From: Lama guanicoe | Taxonomy: Eukaryota | Assembly (NCBI GenBank): GCA_013239625.1 | Contig: MU053758.1 | Span: 1,240,001 to 1,304,000, forward strand | Length of the DNA: 64,000 nucleotides | Reading direction: 5' to 3' | Shown: positions 49,201 through 63,000 of the stretch, one piece after another | Position numbering within the stretch: the first letter of the stretch is position 1 | Layout of the letters: each line of letters opens with the position of its first letter | Notes under the pieces: model-generated | Databases searched by the model: none | Told to the model about the DNA's origin: nothing | What the model saw: only the letters and a program-made list of their open reading frames with translations | Made by a program: the position numbers and the translations under genes

Positions 49201-51429
49201 CCAGAGGGTGGAAGTTAAGTGAGCGAGGATAAAGAAACAAGGCTGGACCAGTACTGGCAATTGTCAAAGCTGAGTAATGGTAGATGGAGATCTGTTACCT
49301 TTTTCTCTTCACTGCTGCATATATTGGAATTTTTCATAATAAAGGAAATTAAGTGTGTGGATCCAAACAGACAACAAAATTTGTCAAGAGAGAATTACTC
49401 AGCAGGAACATAAAGAACAGAAGGAAACTGTAGGTGTAGAGATGGCGACCCGGGCCGGGAGCCACATCGCCCTGAGATACCTCCTGAAACAGCCTGAGGG
49501 CAGAGCCACGGCTAGCCCAGCACCCAGAGCCCTGAAGTTCTGGCTGAAGCTCTGTCCATCCTGTCCCTCAAGACTGGAGGGTCAAGGGCCTGGCAGCAAG
49601 GCTGTGGGGAGACCCGAGCCAGGCCCCAGGATGGGAAGCTTCAGGACTACCCAGCAGAGTGGAGGCTTGAGTTGGAGTCTGCTGTGTGAGCGAGTGCAAG
49701 CCACCAGCCCGCCTGCGCCTCAGTGCCCTCAGCTGTAACTAGGGAGGCCGCTGGGCCTACCTAGCGCACAGCGAAATAATGGAAGTGAAAGCACTCTGAA
49801 TGCATGAAGGCCTTCGGCCAGTGAGGGCGGCTGTTTTTACTCCCAGCCATGGGGGGATCAGAGAAAGAAACCGAGGCCAGTTCTGCCAGAGATGGGTGCG
49901 CTGTGTAACTTCAGAAGAGTGTCTTGCTGATTCTGGGCCAGTGTCCCTGTCTGTCCAGAGTAGAGACAGGACAGGGTCTTCTGGGTCCCCTCCAATTCAG
50001 ACTCGATAGGACTGAAGTCGGGGCTGTGTCTGGGTGTACCCAGAGGGGGCTAGGGTTGGAGGGAGCAGAGAGGAATTATCACAAGGTTTAGAAGATGAAG
50101 GCCTTGCCAAAAAAGAAAATGCTAACGTTCCTGGGTTCATCCCAGAGAAAGAGGAAGAGCTCAGCAATCTGAAGCTAGTTGTGGTTGGTGGACAGGTCCC
50201 TCAATCCCAAGCCACACCATAGAAATCTTGGGGAAGTAAGAATGTTCCAGCAATGTCCAGACTGAATGTCAATCCCGGGGCCCAGCATGGCCTCTCCCGT
50301 CTCCCTGCCCAAGTCCCACATTCGGTATCTGCTCTTCAACACTTCCTAGGTCCACTGATGTTACAGCCCGTCCACACACAGGTCCTCACTGGTCCCCTGC
50401 CCATGCCGGCCCCCACTGGGCCAGGTGTGTGCACACTCACACCAGACACAGGCAGGGCCCACTCAGAGTGTTGCTTACTAAACAAATAACACACTAAGTC
50501 AAAAGTTTCTCTTTCTTTCCCCATGACGGAGGCTCTCTCCGGAAGCAGCACCCTTGGCCCCAAACCTTACCCTGCATGCACTGGGCTCAGGAAACCCTGA
50601 GCCATGGAGCCATGGGTTCCCCAGGATGGACTGGTGACTATCTGGCTAAGGGTGGGGCAGGCTTTCAGGGAACAGGCTTTGAAGGGTAGAGTGTGGGACA
50701 AGCTGGGACCCACAAATCAGCTTCACCTGCTCAGGCTCATAGTCATTTGTGCCCTGGGGCAGGGGACTATGCCTAGAAGGAATCTGTGCCCCCTCCCACT
50801 TTACCACCCCCCCCCACACACCAACCCCAACACACGCACACACCAGACATATGATCTCAAAGTACTACCGGAAAGGAAACTTGGCGACCGCTTCTCCATG
50901 TCACCAAATCCCAGTCTTACTGTCCTCCCCCCGACCAGAGCTGACCTGTACCCAGCAGCAGCAAGGGGGCTGGGAGAGGTGGGCACAGGAGGCCCCAGAG
51001 ATGAGGTTGAATTGTTGCCGGCCCCACTGCAAGACTCTGCCCTCCCCTCCGTTTGCCCACACGTAGGGGCTAAGAGGTGCCGTGTTCTGTCAAACCCACA
51101 GCACACGCTCCTTCTGTGCCCACGGCGCCCCCTACTCAGACAGAGAGCGCACCCCAATGCTGGGTGAAATCATGGGCACCTTCCTCCTAAACCAGGACGC
51201 CGGCTCATCGTGCCCTTCTCCTCCACCTCCTTTTTGAGTTCTGCCTGTTGGTGTAACGTCCTGAGAGTAAACAACCCCAGAACTTTCCTAGCCCCACTAC
51301 AACTCCCTCCTTCTCCACAAAGCCTGAGCCAAAACTGTGAGGGACCAGGAGACACTGGCAAAGATTAAGACAGGAGAAAAAAAAAGAAAGAAAAGCGCGT
51401 CCCTGTCTGGGCTGGAAAGACAGAGACTC

Positions 51430-52260
51430 CCACGGCTCGGCGCTCCCGGCGCGCGCCTCACTCACCGTCCCTGCTTGGTGATGATCATCTCCGTCTGGTG
51501 CTGATTGAACTTGGACCACAACAGGTGGTTGTTGAGCGCCACTCTCAGCTTCCCGGACACCTCTAGCCCCGCCGGCAGCGCATAGTCCTCGCGAGGCCCC
51601 GGGTAGAGGGCGGCGCGCGGGTCCGGGGCCGCGTAGCCGTCCCCCGGCTGGTAGCCCTCGGCGCCCGGCGTCGGCGGGAAAGGCTCGCCCGCCCCGGGGA
51701 AGCCGGCGGCCTGCGGCCGGGGCGGGTAGGTGTAGGCTCCGAGGAAGCGGCCCGGCGGGGCGGGCACTAGGGCGCCCCCAGCGTAGGGCGCCCCCAGGCT
51801 GGCGCCCCCGCGACGGTCGGCCGCATCCTGAGCGCTCGGCTCCGTGTAGAAGTAGCGGTTCTGCGGGTCGGCGCCTGGCGCCCGGCCCTCGTCGCTCGCT
51901 GGCATTGGCTCGGTGCCCGTCAGCATGTCTCCGCAGCCCGGCTCCACGATGCCCATCCGGGGCTGGCTGGCACCTTCCCGCGGCCGTCGAGGACCGGCCC
52001 CTCTCCGCGCGGGGGCGGGCGCGGGGGTCGGCGGGGCCGAGATGGGCGGGGCCGGGGCCCAGGGGTTGGGGCGGGGGCGGGGCCCCACCGGAGCCCGGGC
52101 TCGGACGCCTGGGTCCTGCGCCCGCGTTTGGATCTCCAGCGGGCCGCTGTCACTAGCGTCGCGGCGCCTTTGCTGTGGCCTTATGAAGCTCTCCGGTTCC
52201 CCCCCACCCCCGCCACCTCGGCCCCGCCCCGCCTCACCCCGCCCCTCGTGGCTAGTACTG
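51430..52260 (-). promoter_or_regulatory. TBX21 CpG island and core promoter
   Basis: Dense CpG over exon 1; TATA-like TTCATAAG (52180-52187, minus) with GC boxes (ccccgccc) at ~52220-52245; TSS inferred near 52155. Confidence 0.85.
51466..51956 (-). CDS. TBX21: T-bet coding exon 1 (N-terminal region and start of T-box)
   Basis: ATG at 51956 gives MGIVEPGCGDMLTGTEPM...LWSKFNQHQTEMIITKQGR, the recognisable T-bet N-terminus; donor CG|GTGAGT at 51465; 491 nt. Confidence 0.98.
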
Positions 52261-55200
52261 GGCAAATTCTACTCGGTCGGTGAGGACTGAAGGGCCTCTT
52301 CGATGTAGACCAGCGAGACACCGGGAGCCTCTTAGTTTTCGCTCGAAGACTTTGCCTTCTGGGAGAGTCAACGCCTCCACCTGAAACGCCAGCATGTTTC
52401 TCTCCTCTGGACCCTCGTGGAAATTCAACCCACACTTGAAGCCTCAGCTCAAAGGCCCCCTCCTACGGGAAGCCTTCGGTGATGGCCCAGATGGGACTCA
52501 CAAAGCCTTCTCGCAGTACTTGCAGGCTCGGAGCCGCTTCACCCAGGAACATGCAACAGATATTCACTGATGTCCAGTGTGTGCCCAGGCTGAGTGCTAA
52601 CTGGCTTTGTGTGACGTGTTTGCGCTCTTTCTCACTGCCAAAGGCCCAAGTGGCAGTGTCAGATGCGTCTTGTTCCTTCAGCCCCAGGGCAGACCTGGGA
52701 CCTATGCGCAGAGGGAAAAGATCCTTGGAGGAGCTTGCACCCCAGCAGCTGTGGGTTTGCAGGGCCCTGGGCTGGTCCAGGCCCACAAAAGCTCCCCTAC
52801 CTGGGCCTGGCAGCCACCGGCACTGGAAGTAGCACTGGGCTGCCAGTGCTCAGAGTTCCAGGACTGGCTCTGCCTGTCACTCAGGTATCTGTAACCTGGG
52901 CAAGTCACTTTCCTTACCTGAAAGTCAGCCTCGAGTGCTTCAAGTCCTAGGCTAAGGAAAACAAATGTACTTACGTATTTTTCAGAGGGGCTGTGAGTCT
53001 TACATGAGAGGGGACATCTGTGTGGCACTTTACAGTCTATTATTATACCTGGATGGAAAGGCTGCTCTGAACAGATTCAGAGCCGGCTGACAGGAAGGAA
53101 ACCCACCACATGTTCTGAAGGGCCGCCTCGGTTATAGGACTACGGGGGCTTTTCTTTCTCTCTTTTCCTTTTCTGTTGACTAATGTAGTTATATTCCTTT
53201 TATGATGAAAACAATCCTTTTTCCCCCAATTGAAAATATCATGATTGGGAGTTTTCCTGTGTATAAAGATAAAGCATACTTATATAGAAAATGTAAGCAG
53301 TACAAAACAGTAAAAATAGGACTGTATAAATCACCCCCAATTCCATCCCTCAGAGGCAAACAGGATTAAGATTTTCATGAACACCCTTCACTCCCCACAT
53401 ACCCCGTCTCTGTCTTTTGCACATGCACACACACACACTATATATATATATATTATATATATATATATAATTTTATATAAACACCACATGGACCTCTTTG
53501 TAGTATATTTTTTTCACTCAACAAGGTTTCACGGAATTTTTTGCATACCAATATCTAGAGATTTACATTTATAAGAATGTTTTGAAAAATACTTTAACAT
53601 TTTCATCACGTTAAAGATTAACCTCTCCTCTCCCCCTCTTCCACCCCAGCCTTCCTCACTTCTCCCCTGGGGACTGACCCCATCTCTACATCTCTGTCCC
53701 AGCCCAACAGAGCTTCACCCTTAGGGGCCCATGGGGACTCTCTGCTCCCAACTAGAGCTGAACTGAGAGGCAGGTTGGCAGGTGAAGGGGAAGCTGGGGA
53801 CCTCAGGAGGCGGGCATGACCCAGGGAGGGTGGAGGGAGAGAGAATCTATGCATCCCCTGAGCACGGAGTCCAGATGCACAACAGTACCAGAACCAGGGA
53901 CTGGCCTCCTCCTGGTCCTTTATCACCACTCCCCATCCTTAAAGAATGGAGAAGTTTCTGCCTGTTGTTCCAAGTGGGCAGCATGGCCTGAAAAACAGGG
54001 TGAACTTGGAACCCTTGGCTACTTTTAGAGAAATGTGAAAGATTTTAGTGTCCTCCCTGAATGACTGATTTCCCCAGGAGATATGAGACAGCTGAAGACT
54101 GACATTTCTTTGGGGAGACATTTTTGCTGAGTGCTTGGCTCTGGAGGGCCAAATGGAGCCTTGTTCCTCCTTCTCTCTCCCAATCCTCTTCTCCATCTTA
54201 ATCCTCAGGTGAAGTGATCCATCCTACTTCTGAACAGAGAGACCTGGGCTCCCACCTAGCTTTCTGGGGTGGGAAGGATTATGAATTTTGGAATCAGGTG
54301 GACTTGGGGACAAGTCCCTGGAGGAAGAGGGTGGCTGGGGTCAGTCTTTCTGTAACCTGATGGGCTGTTAGAGGGTCTTATAGCCTGGTTCATATACCCC
54401 AGATTCCTCACCCTCTCTCTCTGATTCCTTCCACCCAAAAAAGAAAATGCTTGTGAGAAGCGGGGGCTGAGTGGCCCTGGTGTCACCACTGCCAGTCCTG
54501 CCCCTCTGCCAGCTTGGGTGAGAAAAAGAACCCAGGCAGTGTCACCTCCTCCTCCTGCTGCCACCTCACCCTCTTCCCAGGCCCCTGGGGCTGGAGAGGT
54601 GGGGAAGGTGGAGAGGGAGACAAGGCCCCCTGGGATCCCCTCATTTCCTGTCTCTGCCTGTCCCAGCCCCTCTCTCATGGATCAGCCCACTGAGCATCAT
54701 CCAGAAGGCTAGCCCTGTGGGGTGGGAGCAAAGATACACAGGGTGTGTGTCCAGGATGAGAGAGACACAGTCTCCAACAAACATCAGATGTTGTGAGACA
54801 GGCTGGATGGTAAATCTGGGAAATTGAATGACTTACCAATTTCTCACTCCCCTTTAGTGGCAGAGCCAGAGCTGGAACCCCAGTCTCTAGACTCCTGATC
54901 CAGTGTTTTTCCTACAAGAGTGGTTGCTCTCCCATTTTGAGGGGGAACAATAGTAAAGTCATACGATTGCATCAGAAAAGATTTGAAAAACAGAAAAGGA
55001 AATTGCCCCTAACGCACCAGTCTGGACAGGGGCTTTCTCCACCCTGTTATCTGTGCATCTCCGCCTGTATCCAAGGCTTCTTTTCAAGCCATTTCTTATC
55101 AAGACTCAAAATGAGCTTGGCTCCCTTGATGTCACACAGCACCTGCCAACCTGTGGGTCGCAGATTGTGCCAAGAGGCTGTTACTGTGGATTCTTGGGAC

Positions 55201-58200
55201 TTGGCCTTTAGAGATTCTGATTCCCAGGCCTGTGGCAGGTTCTCAGAATCTGTGCGTTTAAAAGAACTCCAGGTGACGCTGGACCCCACAGAGTCCACCC
55301 ATCACACTCTCAGGCCCCTCCCACCCCACTCTCAGGCCCCCTCCCACTTCACTCTTCCATCTCCAAGTCATGTCCCCGCCTGAGAAAGTCTGTGCTCTGA
55401 CCTTGCTTGCTGTGTGCCCCTTGGTGCCTGGCAGCCTGTGTAATGCCTGAGGAGGGCTGCAACGGGCATTGAGAAGATTTTCTTATCGAAGCTCCAGGAC
55501 CAGATGATTCCTCACCTCAGAATCTAACTGGGTCCTCTCCTTAAAATGTGTGGGTGCTGAGCCCTCCCAGGACCCGGAAGTCTCATATTGCAAGGTGCAG
55601 GGAGGGCTGAGTGGCCCGTGGGGGTGTTGGGGAGGGGGTGGCTGTTAGTGGAGCCCCAGTGCACAGGGGCTCCAGGACCCAGGGCTTCTGCCCTCCACTC
55701 TGCTGGGTAAAGTCCGAGAGGCTGTGAGAGGGTGGATGAGTGGGGTGGGAGTGGGGCGCACTGTGCTGGGGAGGAGACAGGAAAGGAAAGAGACAGCACC
55801 GTGCAAGGCCTGAGCAGAGTTTCTGACAGATTCAGAGATGGAGAGGGACAGGGACCACAAAGTCAGAAACCCAGAGAGTGACTCAGTCTCAGGCCAGGCA
55901 AGAGGAGGATATAAGAAAGAAGGGAGGGAGATGGGCCAGGGAGAGGGAGGTCTGCAGAGACAGAGACGCCTGTGGGTACTGGAGGCTGCGGCAGAGGGAA
56001 ATGGGGTAACTGGCTTGAAAGCCCAATTCCAACTGGCCTTGTGGCCTGGGTCAAGTATCTTCACCTCTCTGGTTTCCTTGTCAGTAAATGGAGTGAACAG
56101 ACATCCTGCCAGGACAAATGGGTCTCAAGTGAGGTGTAAGGTAGTGTAAAGGCAGGAACCAGCACAGGCTCAGGCTGGGTTAATTTGCCTTCTCTTTCCT
56201 CTCCTCCAAGCTGCCTGCATCTTCCCTTTCCTTCCTCTGGCATCCGCTGGTTCCCTACAAACGGTCCTTAAAATCCAGATTCCCGCCTCCACAAGGGCCT
56301 TAGGCCAAAAAAGAACTTCTCTGTTTGTAGAACCCCATCTCAGAAAGCTGGGCTTCCCCCCGACACCCATACACCATTCCTTGGCGACTGGGATAGGCCA
56401 GACCCAGGGGACTCTGGGGTCACAGAGATAAACTAAGCTTAGCTTCTGCCCCCAAAGAACTCCTAGCAAGGTGACCTTGGAGTCAGAGGCTTTGAGCCCC
56501 TCAGATGCGGACTTGAAACACACCAGCCTGTGCATGGACAACAGCATCCACGTGTGCACACACACACACGGCCCACAGAGCGGTGCCACGCAAGTCCCTG
56601 TGAGCCAGTTCCTGCAGCCACACCCCCTTCTCTTGTCCCACATGTGGCCTCCCTGAGATCCTTGGGCATCTGCTCTGCTCACCCCCACCCACCCTGAACC
56701 CCCTCCGGCTCTGGGCCCAGACTGCCAGTCCTTCAGAGAGCAGCATGGCCGGAACCATCGGATTAACAGCCAGGGAGGCCAGGAGCGGAGTGACAAGCAC
56801 CTGTAGAAGCCCCTCCCCCCGTGACAGCTGCAGGAGTTCAGAGTCCCCAGCACCCAGCACCGGGTGGTCAGTGTGGGCTCATCTCAAGGTCAAGGGCTCT
56901 GGGCTCAAGGCCCCCAGGCCGGTTCCTCTTCCCCACCCCATACAGCCTTCAAGGCTGGGCAGCCTTACCATTTGGCTCCAGGCCACATTCTGCTCCTTCT
57001 GCCTTTCAGTGCTCCCTCCATGGGCATCCTGGATCAGCTCTTCTCTCTGCCTCTAACCTCTCTCACCCCAGCCCCTGCTCTGCACACTAGCCCCATGCCC
57101 ACACACACCCACACAGCACCCTACCTCCACTGTGCCCCGGGAACTGGGGTTCCTGCCCCCTCCTGAAAAGACCTTAAGATGTTGGGTACTTGAACAACCT
57201 GTCGTCTTGGGGGCATGCCGGGTTATGGGTGGGCAAGCCTGAGCTTCAGGGAGGCCCCAGGGAGAGACTGTGTCCCTCCCCTTCCTGGGGAATCTCAGCA
57301 AACAGGCCCTTAATCTCAGGCAGGAAGCAGGGTCCGGTTACCAAGGGGTGGGGGGGATACCCAGGGCTTTAGGTAAAAGGAGCTGGGATGAGGTGCGGAG
57401 AGGAGCTGAGTAGCGGGAAGCAGGCCGAGGGTTTAACCCCACCACAGCCAGGCTCCAGGAGGCTCTGCTCCCCATCCAGTGCTCTTGGAGCCCACATAAT
57501 TCCCTGGCACAGTCAGGCTATGCCAGGTCAGGCCTCCCGTGGAAGGCCACTCCCCAGGGCCTCTGGCCGCAAGACAGCCAAACAGTCCCTGCTCAGCCTC
57601 CTCTCTCTGGGCCTCTATCTGAGTCTGCTCTGGGCCTGTCTCTGGCCTGAGGCCCTTGGGCTCATCCATCTGGTTAACACAGTGGGGTTGTTACAATGGG
57701 GGATGAGATGGGGCAGGCAGACTTATAGGCTGGGCCAGGGATGGACCAAAGAGGGAGGGGAAAAGGGGGACATAGGCAGAAGTAGAGGGAGGAGGTAAAG
57801 GGACGAATCTCATTCCTAAATTATTGCCTGAAGCAAGCTGGACAGCCCCTAAAAAGCAGGATGAAGCCCTTCCAGGCCAGTGGGCAAGGGAGAGAGGGAC
57901 ATGGCAGGGAACATGTCTGGCCAGGGTTGGAGGTAAAGTTGCACAGAAACTGAAACAGATACCAAATAGGGAGGACCCAGAAACAAATGGAAAGACAGAA
58001 TGGGAGCTCTGGGTTCTGGCCGTGGCTCTACCACTAGCCCCTGAAAACCTCGGGCTAGGGGCTTACCCTCTCTGTGCCTCAATTTTCTGCTCTGTAAAAT
58101 GAAACAGTCAGTAGAGACCATCTCCTAGAATTCTGTGAGAGAGCCAGCCGGGGGCAGACTTCCCTAAACCTGGGGCAGGAGATGGGTTGCGCTTTTCTGT

Positions 58201-61200
58201 CCTTTAAGGGGTACCGCAAAGTCACTTCCAGTACCAATATCTTCTGTGTCTGCAATTCAGCTCCGGGCAGGACAGAGGGAAAAATGGGGGTTAGACAGCA
58301 GGAAGGACTTCCTGCCACACAGCAGGAGGGTGAGGAGGCCCCAGATTCTCCTCCCAGCAGTCCTGGGGCCCCTCTGTTGGGGCTGGGAGTGGAGGGGTGG
58401 GGTGGGGGTGGGGGCTCAGCAGCTGGGTAATTAGCCATCGCTCTCAGGCCCTGGGGGAGGGGCCGGCTGGACTGAGAAACCAACGCAAAGTGACAGGGGC
58501 AGTTTTGACACGCGGTGGAGCTGACGGGCCCAGGGGGCCAGGGCTTTGGTTTGGTAGGGGGGAGAATCCCATCAGATGATTAAAAAATAGGTCAGAGGGA
58601 AGAAGCCGCAGCCGGCACTGGGTCGTGGTGAGAACACCATGTAGCTTCCCCAGGGCTGCGGGCCAGAATGGGGTGGGGGAGCTGAGGAGTGTTTGCAGGG
58701 GGCGGGTGAGCGAGGAGTGGGGACAAGAAGGCTGCAGGCCCAGCAGCTGGCCGTCCGTCTCCCTCATCACTATCCCATGGGGACACTTTGGAATTCTACC
58801 TGCAGTCCACCTTCTGGCCTTTCTGTTGTACCATCTTCCTCCTCTGAGGCACGAAGATGCAGCTCTTCCTCTGTCCAGCCCTACCCCACCCACAATATAT
58901 ATACAAATTCTATTCCAGAAACATTGAGACTACTGCCCCCTTTGGAAGCCCTTCTTACCATCTACCTCTGGTCCGCCTGCTGCAAAGGCGGCTTGCTGAC
59001 TTATCCATTTCTTGTCCATCTAAACAAATTCACCCACCACTGTAACTTCTTTGTCATCTTGCCAACTCTGCGTCCTGCTTGGGGTCCACTTTGGCCCTCC
59101 AGCTTGTTCTCAGAGCTTTCTTTTTCCCTCCTTCCCTCCTTTCTCTCCCTTTCACCTCCATGAAATATAACAGTGGCCTGGGAACAGCATAAGGTAGAAA
59201 GCAAGGAGGAGGGAAGTAGGAGACCCAGGAGCCTGGGGCGGGTTGATCTTCAAACACTTCACAGATGGAGGCTAAGTGACCATGTCCAGATTGCACAGAA
59301 CTCTGAGACACCTGATAGTGTCCCCTCTATTTGAACAGTTTAGAGCCACCTCCCATCTCATCCACTTAAGGCTGAGAAGTTTTCTTCCCACAGCCCTTCA
59401 TACTGCAGCTAGATCTCATTTCCTTTTTAAGATCCCCAAAACCTATGTATGGAGAGATTAGCACCTGCAACTTGGGAGTAGAACAGAGGTCTAGGACCTG
59501 TATGCTGAGCTCCTGTCCTCATAAATGCCAGACACAGGCAGAAATCAGGCAGACAACCAGCTTCTGGGCAGAGAGACAAAGCAGGCATTAGCAGTGCCAT
59601 CTCCAGCTGAGTGGACACCTGGGTCCCAGCCACTGCGATGGAGGGCACCCAAGGCCATGTTGGTACAGAAATAGATTGGCTAGGTCTGACCTTGAGTTTA
59701 ACCCCACTTACCATACCAGACACAGATCCGCTGTGACACACAAGTCTGAGATTTTCCCGGGAGCCTGTTGTCTGCTGCCCCCCCCCAGTTACTCAGGAAG
59801 TGTCACAAGGCGTCCTGCCAACCTCTTTCCACCAGAGCCATGGGCAGCTGGCGCTCTGTGCAGCCCCTGGACCCTTATCTCCAGCCACGGGGGTCAGGAA
59901 GCTGGTGTGGCTGCCCATAGCCCCTCCCCACCATGCCCACCTCCATTTCTTTCCAATCACAGGCACCAGACCTGACATATTCTGTGGGTTGGGGAGGGAT
60001 GGCTGTGGTTAGGCAAGTCCTTAGCAAATGGACCAGTGACTGGAAATTGATATACCGGGCCCATGGTCTTTGCATTTCACATAGACACACACACAAACAC
60101 ACACACACACACTGACATGGAATCACCACCCAAGGCTCAAAACCCCAGGATTCTGTACCAGGGTTTCCAGGCCCCCATCACCCTGGACATTTTGCCAAGT
60201 TCAGCTTGTACTTTGTCTCACCCCTTGACTCCCAGTGAATCTGGAAATTGGAAAAACCTGAGTTCTTCTTGATTATCCCACTGCTTCTTGGGGACATGGA
60301 GGAGGAGGAAAGAGGACGCCCCAGGAAATTCATACCCTTGATTTCATTAAGCCCCACAATGCCACAGGTCAGCCAGGCAGGGATCATTGTCCCCGTTTTG
60401 CAGACAAGAAAACCAAAGTCACACAGCTTGTGACCCAATGCTGAACCTTTATGCTTGCACTGTGCCCTTCCCATGACCCCACCTGCAAAGAAGATACTAT
60501 TGTTCTTCATTTTACAGATAAGGAAACTGATGCTCACAGGGTGACTTGATTTCCCCAGGCTCTCCATTATTTTTATTCCCTTTCCCTCCCTGCTCACAAG
60601 ATATCCTACTCAACCCAATTCTGGCTCAGTCCCTCCCCTTCCTCTGGAGAAAGGCAAGGCCTTAAGCCTCCCCAAGTCACCCCCAGTGTGTGTTCCCGTG
60701 TACTCTGGGAAGTCATTCCTAGTGTCTTTTTCCATCTGATGACCCTGCAGAATTGAGCTTCATTACTCAGGAAAATCCATCCCACTTTGCGGCAGAAGCA
60801 GGGGTGGGAAGCAGGACTGAGGCACTAAAAGGGGCATGAACTGGTTCAGACACACAGCCAAGGCCAGGCTGGGCATGGCAGCGAAGGAAAACAGGTCCAG
60901 ACAGAAAGAACCCAGGAGTCCTGGTTTCCAGGTGCAGGGAGGGGGGCAGGGGCATTCCTCACTTTTCTAAGCTTACTGCCACTGCCACTGGGCATGCTCC
61001 CTGCCAGGCAGTGCTGCCTCCTTCTCTCTGCCCACTCTGAGGTTCATCACACCTTCAGCTCTGCCCTTCTGTTAATAGAACCTACACTCACTCCCCATCT
61101 TGCTTCTCACCTTGGGACCTGTGATCCAGTAGCCAAGAGGGGGGCAGCAGAGCCAGCCGGAGCTGCCACCTTCCCTCACCCCTCTCCATGCCAACCTGAC

Positions 61201-62898
61201 TGCCTATGACTCTGGGGTCTCCTGTATGCTCCTGCTGCAGCCTCAGTAGCTCTAGGGCAGCAAGAGAGGCTTAAAAGCTCCTGTTCTTGGCTGGGAGTGA
61301 GGAAGGGGTTTTCTCTGACAGCTTATGTGGGGAAATTGAAGGCCCCATCCTCTGGCCCCAGACTCTTTTTAAGATCTAAACCCCCTGAACATGTCAATCT
61401 TCCTTAACAAAACCAGAGGAAACTTCCAAAAAGATCATTTGAGACAGAGTCCTTTCCTTGCCTGGGCCATAAGTTCTTCCTCAAGTCTAACTGTGATCCC
61501 TTGCAGAGGAGTGGAAGAGGGCAGAGATGAATCGCAGTTTCTTATAAACCTGGTGGCTTCTTGTTCCCCGACGACAATACAGCGGACGAGCTCTGTGGTT
61601 CTGGCTCTGAGTCAGGCCCCATCGGCCCGGGCGTCCCCAGTGCCACCTCGCTCCGCCCCACCCCAGACTGGAAAATCAGGCTCATGCCTCTGCCCGAGTC
61701 AGTGCTTCCCCTGCTTCCCCTCACGATCTCGCTTTCCCCTAAAGGGAGGTATTTCCTCGAAGCTGGGAAAAGTCAAGGGGGCAGAGACCTCGCCAGTTAC
61801 GGGGAGGCGGACGGTGGGCATGGGGCATGGGGTGGGGGTGGGGCTACCCTGCCTTCCTGTTCCTCCCCCCTCTCCCCTCATTCAGCCCAGCTCCCCATCC
61901 TGTTCTTTCAGCTCATCGGATGTGTGCGCGCCTGAGCACAGGAGCGTGATGTGTGTGTGCGCTTAACACACATGTACGGTTATTGGGGGTGGGCCCCTAA
62001 CCCTCAAGGGTGAGAGTGGGGTGGAGGAGGGGGAGATGTCATGCCTCTGGTGTGACTATGAGTGACACAAGTTTTTTCCACATGTGTGTTCTTCATATGT
62101 TCCTTGTCCACATGCACTCTCCATCCCTCCCAGAATCACAAGCCTAGTTGGCGTGGACCCCATTTTTTGCAGCCTGGAGCATTAAACAGATTCCCTCCCT
62201 CTCCTTAAGTGAGAAGCCCCCTATCTGGGGCCTCCCCAAAAGTAAAGGGATTCAGGAATCAGGGAGGAGGTAGGCATGTCCCATCGCAGAAAAATGACAC
62301 TTCTTCCTCCCACCAGGGGACCCGTAGCCCTCAGCTGGTCAGGGCAGGTTACGGATAGATCGTGCAGATCCTCAACCTTCCCACCTGCTCAAAGCCTCAA
62401 AGAGACGTGAACCCCATGAACCCCACTCCGGGACCCTGGATAAGGGCAGGCGAGTTTGGGGAAATTGAATCCTGGGGAGGGGGCGGTTAGAAAGGCCTGA
62501 GTCGGCAATCTAGAACTCACGTGCGCCCACCCCCAGCCTGGGGGCGGGGTGAGGGGAAGGAGGGAGTGAAACAGGAAGAGAGATGGAGCGGCAGAGAATG
62601 AAAGCCTTAGAGAGAAACTGAGACAATGGACAGTCAGAAAGAGATCGAAGGGCAGAACTGGGGCGGGGCAGGCACTGGGAGCAGGACTGCCGCGGCGGTG
62701 GGGGCGCGGGCAACAGGAGTCCAGGGAAGGGTTGCCCTTTCCCTTTCTTCGGTAGCATCAGAGATGCGCAAAAGGTCAGCGCTGAAAGAATGCAAGTCCG
62801 TCCTCTCAAGAAGGGGAAATTGAGGCTGAGTGATAGAGTCAGTAACATGGAAAACGGAGCCGGGAAGGACTCAACCTCTTGTCTCCCACCCTGCGCTC

Positions 62899-63000
62899 NN
62901 NNNNNNNNNNNNNNNNNNNNNNNNNNNNNNNNNNNNNNNNNNNNNNNNNNNNNNNNNNNNNNNNNNNNNNNNNNNGGGGGGGGGGGGGGGGGGGGGGGGG
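62899..63000. other. Assembly gap (77 N) followed by G25
   Basis: N run 62899-62975, G run 62976-63000. Confidence 0.99.

Noticed and set aside
51957..52265. 103-aa in-frame N-terminal extension of T-bet in the ORF track
   Set aside because: Starts at TTG upstream of the TATA-like box and inferred TSS; known T-bet begins MGIVEPG
53000..61500. Many 60-230 aa ORFs upstream of TBX21, or TBKBP1 exons
   Set aside because: No recognisable protein similarity or consistent exon structure; typical chance ORFs of GC-rich flank
62976..63000. G25 tract as a G-quadruplex element
   Set aside because: Directly abuts an assembly gap; its length and even its existence are unreliable
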